DNA of 32,000 nucleotides, taken from positions 1,800,001 to 1,832,000 of the forward strand of contig NC_015067.1 of the NCBI RefSeq assembly GCF_000196555.1. The letters run 5' to 3'. Under the pieces are notes generated by a model, which was not told the origin of the DNA, ran no database searches, and was given only the letters and a program-made list of their open reading frames with translations. This document shows positions 25,208 to 32,000 of the stretch, one piece after another; the first letter of the stretch is position 1, and each line of letters starts with the position of its first letter. This DNA is from Bifidobacterium longum subsp. longum JCM 1217 (lineage in GTDB: Bacteria; Actinomycetota; Actinomycetes; Actinomycetales; Bifidobacteriaceae). The position numbers and the translations under genes were made by a program.

Positions 25208-26293
25208 ATGGATGCAGACAAGCCGGCGCAACGCAAATCCTATGCAGGGAACACCACCCTCGAAATCTTCGAGGTGCTGTGGCGTCACAGTTACTTTGGG
25301 CATGGCCTGACCGTGCGGCAAATACTCGATGAGCTTGCCCGTAAACACCAGCTGGAAGATCCAAGCGAGCTGCCGACCGAGAAGACCATACGAAACCAGC
25401 TCAAAAAGCTGACCTCCACGGAATTTCTCGGCAGACATATCGGGCATCTCACCGAAAGCGACCTTGCCGGCATCGAATGCAAGAATCCACAACCCGGCTG
25501 GTATCTTGATGCATTCCTGTCCACTGCCGAAATGCGACTGCTACTAGACAGTCTTACCCTATCTCGCATCAGCCTCGACACCATGGACGACCTCATCGGT
25601 AAAATCCGCGAGCTCGCAGGCGCCGCCGGGCAGGCAGTAGGCTACCTGGACCATGTGGCCACCTACACGCATATCAACGGTGAGTTCCTATCCACTATCG
25701 ACCAGCTGAATCAAGCCATCGAAGAAGGCCACGGCGTAACCTTCCAATACCGTGATTACGGACCGGATGGCACCTTGATACCGCATAAAAGCCGTACGGG
25801 TGCAGGCCGAATTACCTACACCGCCGACCCTTACCAAATGGTGTACAAGAACGGACGCTATTACCTCATCTGCCACCTGCATGGCGAAGACAACCTCCGC
25901 ATTTTCGTGGTCAACCGAATCGCCAACGTCAGCGCCAAAGGCAGGAACGGCACAGTGCCACTGGAAAAACCAGCACCAGCTGATTTTGACGCAGTGAACT
26001 TCATGCGCCACCGTCCATACCCCGTAGCCGATGCCCCGATTCGCATCCGCATGGCCGTACGAGACGAATCCATGCTCAACAACGTGTTCGAATGGTTCGA
26101 CGACCCTCAAATCAAACATTCACCGGACGGCACACAGTTCGAAGTCATCGTCGATGCTCCCGAACGCGCTGTGTTCTGGTGGGCATTGCAGTATTCCTGG
26201 GATGGCCGCGTAGTGATTCTTGAGCCCGATTCGCTCAAGCGCAAACTCTATGATGCCGGGCGTCGCATGGCCACAGCCTATGCTCCCGAATGA
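25208..26293 (+). CDS. wHTH-WYL-WCX transcriptional regulator (BrxR/CapW/PafBC-like architecture)
   Basis: 361 aa. The N-terminal HTH-like segment is LTVRQILDELARKH...TIRNQLKKL. The WYL-type core is VTFQYRDYGPDG...YQMVYKNGRYYLICHLHGEDNLRIFVVNRI. The C-terminal extension is FEVIVDAPERAVFWWALQYSWDGRVVILEPDSLK. No SD is present. TAGCCT (25196..25201) ends 7 nt before the ATG, so the mRNA may be leaderless. Confidence 0.8.
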   Translation: MDADKPAQRKSYAGNTTLEIFEVLWRHSYFGHGLTVRQILDELARKHQLEDPSELPTEKTIRNQLKKLTSTEFLGRHIGHLTESDLAGIECKNPQPGWYLDAFLSTAEMRLLLDSLTLSRISLDTMDDLIGKIRELAGAAGQAVGYLDHVATYTHINGEFLSTIDQLNQAIEEGHGVTFQYRDYGPDGTLIPHKSRTGAGRITYTADPYQMVYKNGRYYLICHLHGEDNLRIFVVNRIANVSAKGRNGTVPLEKPAPADFDAVNFMRHRPYPVADAPIRIRMAVRDESMLNNVFEWFDDPQIKHSPDGTQFEVIVDAPERAVFWWALQYSWDGRVVILEPDSLKRKLYDAGRRMATAYAPE

Positions 26294-26379
26294 TGCAACA
26301 TCACATCGCACACCTCCTTGTCGAGTTGTTCACCAGCGAATTTCACCGGAGAACCTATCATCCCATCGCCAATCACACT

Positions 26380-26395
26380 CGGTAATTTTTTACCG
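26380..26395. promoter_or_regulatory. Palindrome CGGTAATTTTTTACCG, the second copy of the motif seen at 8038..8057
   Basis: Read directly from the sequence. It has 6-bp arms plus flanking C-G and wobble pairs, and lies about 130 bp upstream of the dapD ATG. Confidence 0.3.
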
Positions 26396-26526
26396 GGAAA
26401 TACGATTTCAAGCCATTTCGCGGGCATCGTCCCTCACCTAGGCGCACATAAGGCTAAGGTGGGAATCATTAATCGCATCGCGCGTCCACAAGCGTGCACT
26501 AGCGCGTACAACAATAAGGAGCAACT

Positions 26527-27546
26527 ATGAGCGAAGAGCGTACCGCATGGGGCTGGGGTCTGGCCAGCGTAGACGCCGCCGGCACCACCCTGGACGTCTG
26601 GTACCCCGAACTGAATCTCGGTGAGGCACCGGCCGAGTCCGATCGCCCGAACCACAATTTCGGTACTTTGGCTCACGATGAGGCCGACGCCCGTGGCATT
26701 CGCCGCGTGCCGGTATTCGTCGTCAGCCAGTTGGACGAGCCGATCAGTAATGCCGCAGACGCTTACCTGAAGCTCCATTTGATGAGCATGCGCATGGCCA
26801 AGCCGAACACGCTGAACCTCGACGGCATCTTCGCCCAGCTCGCCAATGTGGTGTGGACCAACTACGGCCCCTTCGCCGTTGAAGACTTCACGCTGCGCAA
26901 GGCCGACGTCGAACGCGCCTCCACCGAAGCCGCTCTCGCTTTCGCCTCCCAGGCCGGACTGCCTGCCGCAGCTCCTGCCGCCACTGTCAACGTGTTCGGT
27001 GTGGATAAGTTCCCGCGCATGATCGATTACGTAGTGCCCACCGGCGTGCGCCTCGGCGACGCCGACCGCGTGCGCCTCGGCGCTTACTTGTCTTCCGGCA
27101 CCACCGTGATGCACGCCGGATTCGTGAACTTCAATGCCGGCACGCTCGGCGTTTCCATGGTCGAAGGCCGTGTTTCGCAAGGCGTGGTCGTGGGTGACGG
27201 TTCCGACATCGGCGGCGGTGCCTCCATCATGGGCACCTTGTCCGGTGGCGGCAAGCTGCGCAATTCCATCGGCGAGCACTCGCTGCTCGGCGCCAACGCC
27301 GGTATCGGCATCTCTCTGGGCGATAACTGCACCGTCGAAGCCGGTCTGTACATCACCGCCGGCACTAAGATCACCATCTGGGACAAGGCCAAGGCCGCCG
27401 CTGGCGAACCGCTGGAAGTGGTCAAGGGTGCTGAGCTCTCCGGCAAAGACAACATTCTGTTTATCCGCAACTCGGTGAACGGCCGCATCGAAGCCCGCTA
27501 CCGCAAGGTGGGAATTAAGCTCAACGCCAAGCTGCACAAGAACTGA
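26527..27546 (+). CDS. dapD: 2,3,4,5-tetrahydropyridine-2,6-dicarboxylate N-succinyltransferase
   Basis: 339 aa with an AAGGAG RBS. It has a left-handed beta-helix hexapeptide region ([64 protein letters not shown]), typical of the long actinobacterial DapD. Confidence 0.9.
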   Translation: MSEERTAWGWGLASVDAAGTTLDVWYPELNLGEAPAESDRPNHNFGTLAHDEADARGIRRVPVFVVSQLDEPISNAADAYLKLHLMSMRMAKPNTLNLDGIFAQLANVVWTNYGPFAVEDFTLRKADVERASTEAALAFASQAGLPAAAPAATVNVFGVDKFPRMIDYVVPTGVRLGDADRVRLGAYLSSGTTVMHAGFVNFNAGTLGVSMVEGRVSQGVVVGDGSDIGGGASIMGTLSGGGKLRNSIGEHSLLGANAGIGISLGDNCTVEAGLYITAGTKITIWDKAKAAAGEPLEVVKGAELSGKDNILFIRNSVNGRIEARYRKVGIKLNAKLHKN

Positions 27547-27649
27547 AATTGAAATAATGGAGCGTTATCTTCGTTGCCCCTCGGTCGACGTACCTTCGTA
27601 CGCCTTCCCTCGGTGCGCCTCGATACCGCACACATTATTTCAATTTCAG
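27543..27649. repeat. 107-bp element bounded by a perfect 17-bp AT-rich inverted repeat
   Basis: CTGAAATTGAAATAATG (27543..27559) and CATTATTTCAATTTCAG (27633..27649) enclose 73 nt. That spacer contains an internal hairpin CGTAC-cttc-GTACG and a duplicated CCCTCGGT. The dapD stop TGA (27544..27546) lies inside the left arm. Confidence 0.55.
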
Positions 27650-27710
27650 AACTAGCCCTGCTAGTTCTTATGCAGCCGTCGCAGCATAGCTGGTTTGCGC
27701 TGTACATATA

Positions 27711-27747
27711 GAAAGCGCCTCACTGGAATCTCCAGCGAAGCGCTTTC
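27711..27747 (-). terminator. Candidate gltA terminator
   Basis: 37-nt hairpin GAAAGCGC...GCGCTTTC with 15 of 17 positions paired and a 3-nt loop. On the minus strand it ends in GCGCTTTC followed by TATATGT. Confidence 0.55.
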
Positions 27748-27759
27748 TCAAACCAACAA

Positions 27760-29052
27760 TCACCGCTCGTCCATCGGCACGAAATCGCGCTCGACCGGAC
27801 CGGTGTAGACCTGGCGTGGGCGGCCGATCTTGGTATTCGGGTCGGCCAACATCTCACGGTACTGCGCAATCCAACCGGGAATGCGGCCCAGCGCGAACAG
27901 CGTGGTGAACATGGCCGGATCGAAGCCGATCGCCCGATAAATCAAGCCCGTGTAGAAGTCGACGTTCGGATACAGGTTGCGCGATACGAAATATTCGTCA
28001 TTCAGCGCAATATCTTCAAGCTCGGTGGCCACGGCGAACAGCGCGCGCTCGTCAGACGGCAGCTTCTGCGTATCTTCGCGCTCCATGATCTTTTCCAGAT
28101 ACTTCCTGGCAATCGCCGCGCGCGGATCATACGACTTGTATACACGGTGGCCAAGGCCGGAAATCTTCTGGCCATTCTCCTTGGCATCACGCACGAACTC
28201 GGCCACAGACTTGCCGGAATCACGAATCGCCTTCAATTGGCGCAGTACGGCCTCATTCGCACCACCATGCAACGGACCAGACAGCGCATTGACGCCAGCG
28301 GCCACCGCCGAATACAGGTTGGCGTGGGCGGAACCGGCGATACGCACCACCGAGGTCGAGCAGTTCTGCTCATGGTCGGCATGAATAATCAACAAACGAC
28401 CCAAAGCATGCACATACAGCGGGTCGGATTCAAACGGCTCGTACGGCACAGCGAAGCACATGCGCAGGAAGTCGTCCACATAGCCGCGCGCGTAATCGGG
28501 GTACAGCATCGGCTCATCGCGACGACGGCGGAAGATGTACGACACAATCGTACGGGCCTTGGCCATGATGATCTTGGCGGCCTCATCAAGCTGGTCGTTG
28601 TCAGAAATATCGGTGGTGTCCGGGTAGAACGTGGCCAGCGCATTGATGGCGGAGGCAAGCACGCTCATCGGGTGAGCGGAGCGCGGGAACGAACCCATGA
28701 AGGTACGGAAGTCTTCGCCAACCATCGTCTTGTGATTGATGTCCGCACAGAACTGCTCATACTCAGCCCTGCTCGGCAGCTCGCCGTGGCGCAGCAGCCA
28801 CGCCACCTCCAGAAAATCGGAGTTCTCGCACAGTTGCTCGATGGGGTAACCGCAGTAGCGCAAAATCGAATGCTTGCCGTCGATGTAGGTGATTTTCGAT
28901 TCGCACTGCGCGGTGGTGAGGAATCCGGGATCAAGCGTTACCCAGCCATCGTTGCGCAGTTTGGAAACGACGATGCCATCCGGCCCTGCACTAGCCTTAA
29001 CCACGGGCAGGTTGAACTTGTTCGAATCGACATCAAGTTGTGCCGTTGCCAT
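27760..29052 (-). CDS. gltA: Citrate synthase
   Basis: The start was set at ATG 29052 (MATAQLDV), preceded by GAGGAAGG. It has the citrate synthase signature GLGHRVYKSYDPRA plus the HADHEQN catalytic region. Confidence 0.9.
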   Translation of the reverse strand: MATAQLDVDSNKFNLPVVKASAGPDGIVVSKLRNDGWVTLDPGFLTTAQCESKITYIDGKHSILRYCGYPIEQLCENSDFLEVAWLLRHGELPSRAEYEQFCADINHKTMVGEDFRTFMGSFPRSAHPMSVLASAINALATFYPDTTDISDNDQLDEAAKIIMAKARTIVSYIFRRRRDEPMLYPDYARGYVDDFLRMCFAVPYEPFESDPLYVHALGRLLIIHADHEQNCSTSVVRIAGSAHANLYSAVAAGVNALSGPLHGGANEAVLRQLKAIRDSGKSVAEFVRDAKENGQKISGLGHRVYKSYDPRAAIARKYLEKIMEREDTQKLPSDERALFAVATELEDIALNDEYFVSRNLYPNVDFYTGLIYRAIGFDPAMFTTLFALGRIPGWIAQYREMLADPNTKIGRPRQVYTGPVERDFVPMDER

Positions 29053-29104
29053 TCGCGCACCTTCCTCTTCATGAACCACTTACCCCAAACATTAACGTTC
29101 ACGC

Positions 29105-29125
29105 GTTCGCGAACACTAGTGTTCG
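29105..29125. promoter_or_regulatory. Overlapping perfect palindromes GTTCGCGAAC and CGAACACTAGTGTTCG upstream of gltA
   Basis: The 10-bp palindrome is at 29105..29114 and the 16-bp palindrome at 29110..29125. A further GTTC lies at 29097..29100. The site is 55-75 bp upstream of the gltA ATG. Confidence 0.3.
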
Positions 29126-29175
29126 GTACTCTATGTCTTCTGTGTTACCGCTGGCGAATGCCGGTCGATACACGA

Positions 29176-29220
29176 AAGCCGAAGTGCGCTCATGCTATCA
29201 AAGCAAACGCACTTCGGCTT
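29176..29220 (-). terminator. Long hairpin downstream of map
   Basis: Perfect 13-bp stem AAGCCGAAGTGCG / CGCACTTCGGCTT with a 19-nt loop. On the minus strand it is followed by TCGTGTAT. A second hairpin, TTCGCGG-gaaaa-CCGCGAA, lies at 29234..29252. Confidence 0.45.
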
Positions 29221-29325
29221 GTTACGTCTCGAATTCGCGGGAAAACCGCGAACAGACGGACGGCTAATGAGACGCTGATCGCCCATCACAGGCCAATCAG
29301 GCACCTACCATACGCCAAACGCCGA

Positions 29326-30108
29326 TCAGAGGTTGGTGCGATCGGTGAAGACGATCGGGCCGTTCTCGGTGATGGCGATGGTGTGCTCGGAGTGGGCGCC
29401 GCGCGAGCCGTCGGAGGCACGCAGGGTCCAGCCGTCCTTCGGATCCTGGAAGATCTCGTCGGTGGTCTTGAGGAACCACGGTTCGATGGCGATGACCAGG
29501 CCTTCGCGCAGCTTGTAGCCGTGGTGGGCGCGGCCGTCGTTCGGCACGTGCGGGTCGCCGTGCATGATGTGGCCCACGCCGTGACCGCCGAACTCGAGGT
29601 TGATCGGGTAGCCGTATTCGCGCGCGACGTCGCCGATGGTGTTGGAGATGTCGCCGAGACGGTTGCCGGGCTTGGCCACGTCGATGGCGGCGGCGAGCGC
29701 TTCCTCAGTGCACTTGATGATGCGCAGGTCTTCGGGGTCCGGGTCTTTGCCGACCACGAAGCTGACGGCGGAATCGGCCACCCAGCCGTCCACAGAGATG
29801 GCGAGATCGAGGGAGACGAGGTCGCCGTCCTTCAGGCTGTAGTCGTACGGCACGCCGTGCAGCACGGCGTCGTTGACGGAGGTGCAGATGTAGTGGGCGA
29901 ACGGGCCGGTGCCGAAGTCAGGAGCGTAGTCAACATAGCAGGATTCGGCGCCCTTGCGGTCCACGATCTTCTTGTGGACGAACTCGTCGATTTCGAGCAG
30001 GTTGGTACCAACTTTGGTGGTCTCCTGCAGTTCCTTCAGAATGCCGCCGACAAAACGACCAGCCGGCTTCATTTCCTCGATTTCACGAGGGGTTTTCAGT
30101 TCGATCAT
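29326..30108 (-). CDS. map: Methionine aminopeptidase, type I
   Basis: The start was set at ATG 30108 (MIELKTPREIEEM). The metal-ligand contexts are present: DLVSLDLAISVDGWVAD, GGHGVGHIMH, IAIEPW and HSEHT. Confidence 0.9.
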   Translation of the reverse strand: MIELKTPREIEEMKPAGRFVGGILKELQETTKVGTNLLEIDEFVHKKIVDRKGAESCYVDYAPDFGTGPFAHYICTSVNDAVLHGVPYDYSLKDGDLVSLDLAISVDGWVADSAVSFVVGKDPDPEDLRIIKCTEEALAAAIDVAKPGNRLGDISNTIGDVAREYGYPINLEFGGHGVGHIMHGDPHVPNDGRAHHGYKLREGLVIAIEPWFLKTTDEIFQDPKDGWTLRASDGSRGAHSEHTIAITENGPIVFTDRTNL

Positions 30109-30215
30109 GAGATTCTTTCTACCTTGTTGAGACTTGTTCTCAACTCTAGACCAGCCCGAGGTCAACCGCCAGAAGCCTACCTGAAATCCACTCGCAGCCC
30201 ATTAATAGCCAAGGC

Positions 30216-30258
30216 CGAGAAAAAGCGCCCGGCAGCACATAGCCTGCACGGGCGCTTT
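30216..30258 (-). terminator. Rho-independent terminator of the DUF308/HdeD-like gene
   Basis: On the minus strand: AAAGCGCCCG - 17-nt loop - CGGGCGCTTT, followed by TTCTC. Confidence 0.65.
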
Positions 30259-30297
30259 GGATTGATTGTCTGGGGACTGGTTGCATGAAGCGTGAGA

Positions 30298-31278
30298 TTA
30301 CTTGCGACGCTTGCCGAAAGTGAACGCGCGAATCACTGAAGTAATCCCCATCACCACCATGGCGCATCCGCCGAAGATAATCATGAATACGGCGGAGCTC
30401 AGCGGGCTCATCAGCACCACGAAGCCGGCGATAATCGAGATGATGGCATAGGCGATGGCCCAGCCGGAATGCGGGATACGCCACGATTCAACCAGCGACA
30501 GCACGCCTTCCATAATCCATCCGAAACCGACCATCAAAGTAATGAGTAATGCCAGCGTCTGACCGGTCATGCCGTAGTTGCGCACAACCACCACGCCGCC
30601 AAAGGTCAGCAGAATGCCGACGAACACGTCCAGCACACGCCAGCCGCCCGGCAGACCCGGCTCCACGAGAGCGCTGACGATGCGCACCACGCCGGAAATC
30701 ACGAAATACACGCCGAGCAACAATGCGGCCAAAGCCAGCGTCTTGTTCGGCACCAGCAACAGCGCAGCGCCCAAGGCGATGGCGGCCACGCCCACCACGC
30801 CGTAAATGATGCGAATCTTGGTCTTGGCTTTTTCCGGCAGCCATTCCTCGATCAGGCGGAATGGACTGAAATTGCCGACATACCAGTTGGTCTGCTGCCA
30901 GCCGGGTTGACTTTGATCGCCCCATGGACCATTCGGCTGCCCGTCCGCTTGGCTATTCGATTGGCCGTCCGCCTGATACCGCCGACCGTCCGGCCCCCAT
31001 GCCGGCTGGCCGTTCGGGTCATAGTTCGGATTGTAGGCGTACGGGCCGTAGTACGGGTTCTGGTTCGGTTCGCCTTGTGGCTGGCCGTTCTGCGCATGCT
31101 GATTCTGAGTGTCTTGCGCTCCCGGCGCACCTTGCGGAGGATATTGGCCGCCATGATTGCTGTCATACGCACCATACTGCGGTTGGCCCGGTTGACCCGC
31201 CGGATTCGGCTGGTTCGGCTGGCTCTGGTTGGGCTGGCCCGTCTGGCCATTCCACTGGTCCTCGTTCGGATTGCTCAT
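30298..31278 (-). CDS. DUF308/HdeD-family membrane protein with a Q/N/P/G-rich N-terminal domain
   Basis: 326 aa. The first ~130 aa are low complexity (GQPNQSQPNQPNPAGQPGQPQYG...). The C-terminal ~190 aa contain six hydrophobic segments in the repeated pattern typical of HdeD-like proteins. Confidence 0.65.
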   Translation of the reverse strand: MSNPNEDQWNGQTGQPNQSQPNQPNPAGQPGQPQYGAYDSNHGGQYPPQGAPGAQDTQNQHAQNGQPQGEPNQNPYYGPYAYNPNYDPNGQPAWGPDGRRYQADGQSNSQADGQPNGPWGDQSQPGWQQTNWYVGNFSPFRLIEEWLPEKAKTKIRIIYGVVGVAAIALGAALLLVPNKTLALAALLLGVYFVISGVVRIVSALVEPGLPGGWRVLDVFVGILLTFGGVVVVRNYGMTGQTLALLITLMVGFGWIMEGVLSLVESWRIPHSGWAIAYAIISIIAGFVVLMSPLSSAVFMIIFGGCAMVVMGITSVIRAFTFGKRRK

Positions 31279-31325
31279 CGTAACTCCTTAGCTCAAGGTC
31301 CATGTTCAGATTCCACATACTATGA

Positions 31326-31340
31326 TAGACAAGTTGTCTA
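31326..31340. promoter_or_regulatory. Palindrome TAGACAA-g-TTGTCTA in the divergent DUF308 / pepO spacer
   Basis: Read directly from the sequence. A third TGTCTA half-site is at 31370..31375. Confidence 0.3.
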
Positions 31341-31454
31341 ATTTGAACCATCACCACAATTAGGCAATCTGTCTAGTTCACTGACAGCGCAATGCCCATA
31401 ACGCAATATCTGCACCATCAACGCTTCTCCCCCGCCGCGATTAGGCTTAGGGCC

Positions 31455-32000
31455 ATGACCAACGAAACCGAAACGCTGACGTCGGGCATCGACCCGGCAT
31501 CGTTCTCCTCCGTCATCAAGCCGACCAACGACCTGTTCCGCTACGTGAATGGCCCATGGATCGACACCTACCGATTGCCCGACGATCGTTCGCGCTACGG
31601 CTCCTTCGACAAGCTTGCCGAAGACGCCGAAAACCAAGTACGCGACATCCTCGACGCCGACGACTGCCCGGCTGTCAAGTCTGAGGCCCTGTACCGCTCA
31701 TTCCTCAACACCGACGCCATAGAGGCCGCCGGGCTTGACCCAATCCGCGACGAGCTTGACCTCATCGATTCCGCCATCGACAAGGCCGCACTCACGCGCG
31801 TGCTCGGCACGATCAACCCAGCCGGCGGCCCCGATCTGTTCGGCTTGGCCGTTTACGGCGACCCGGGCGACCCGGACCGCAACATCGCCCACCTTGAGCA
31901 GGCCGGCCTTTGTCTGCCGGATGAAGCCTACTATCGCGAGGATCACTACGCTCCCGTGCGCGAAGCATACGTGGCGATGGTCGCCACCCAGCTGGTGAAC
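31455..32000 (+). CDS. pepO: M13-family metalloendopeptidase (PepO-like); the N-terminal 182 codons, continuing beyond the right window edge
   Basis: Absent from the ORF track because there is no stop in the window. Hand translation from ATG 31455 gives MTNETETLTSGIDPASFSSVIKPTNDLFRYVNGPWIDTYRLPDDRSRYGSFDKLAEDAENQVRDIL... The segment F.YVNG.W.....P.D....G.F..L is the conserved M13 N-terminal domain start. Confidence 0.85.
   Translation, partial: MTNETETLTSGIDPASFSSVIKPTNDLFRYVNGPWIDTYRLPDDRSRYGSFDKLAEDAENQVRDILDADDCPAVKSEALYRSFLNTDAIEAAGLDPIRDELDLIDSAIDKAALTRVLGTINPAGGPDLFGLAVYGDPGDPDRNIAHLEQAGLCLPDEAYYREDHYAPVREAYVAMVATQLVN

Noticed and set aside
27000-27008. Perfect DnaA-box sequence TGTGGATAA
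   Set aside because: It is a single copy inside the dapD coding sequence. There is no cluster, no AT-rich unwinding element and no dnaA or dnaN nearby.
26434-27537. 367-aa minus-strand ORF
   Set aside because: It is antisense to dapD. The plus frame has an RBS and the hexapeptide-repeat fold.
29110-29125. Possible LexA (SOS) box
   Set aside because: The Gram-positive and actinobacterial LexA box is GAAC-N4-GTTC. This site is GAAC-N6-GTTC, so I do not call it a LexA site.
28147-30288. 713-aa plus-strand ORF spanning two genes
   Set aside because: It runs antisense through gltA, the gltA-map spacer and map. It has no RBS and a shadow-frame composition.
1-32000. CRISPR arrays, IS elements or transposases, prophage genes, rRNA
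   Set aside because: I looked for regularly spaced direct repeats, transposase or integrase-like ORFs and rRNA-like conserved stretches on both strands and found none.

Overview
High-GC chromosomal segment. From the gene content and protein sequences I infer it is Bifidobacterium-like (Actinomycetota); this is recognition from memory, not a search. Most of it is ordinary core genome. I found no rRNA, CRISPR array, transposase, integrase or phage gene.

Gene order, left to right:
- giant fused activase/dehydratase-like gene (minus, runs off the left edge)
- nrdG and nrdD (minus)
- xseA and xseB (plus)
- flavodoxin-like NAD(P)H quinone oxidoreductase (plus)
- fadD-like acyl-CoA synthetase, mscL and a nucleoside 2-deoxyribosyltransferase-family gene (minus)
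- a truncated GNAT remnant and tRNA-Arg(CCT) (minus)
- EEP-family membrane protein (plus)
- ppx/gppA-family phosphatase and a class I/II aminotransferase (minus)
- Gfo/Idh/MocA oxidoreductase (plus)
- vsr (minus), GNAT acetyltransferase (plus), small membrane protein (minus)
- 1394-aa SWIM-SNF2 helicase (minus), divergent from a wHTH-WYL regulator (plus)
- dapD (plus), gltA, map and a DUF308/HdeD-like membrane protein (minus)
- pepO-like M13 peptidase (plus, runs off the right edge)

The two edge-truncated genes (1..4106 minus, 31455..32000 plus) are missing from the ORF track because they have no stop codon in the window. I recovered them by hand translation. The many long ORFs antisense to these genes are GC-driven shadows.

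The best candidate for an uncharacterised system is the divergent WYL-regulator / SWIM-SNF2 helicase pair, with an orphan vsr in a less GC-rich patch next to it. That reading is inference only.

Other points worth a second look:
- the giant activase/dehydratase fusion, whose substrate is unknown
- a related family of GC-rich hairpin modules, four of them stacked between nrdD and nrdG
- a 17-bp perfect inverted repeat enclosing 73 nt that supplies the dapD stop codon (MITE-like or a 3'UTR structure)
- a near-identical 16-nt palindrome found upstream of both xseA and dapD
- several candidate operators, including tandem NrdR boxes upstream of nrdD
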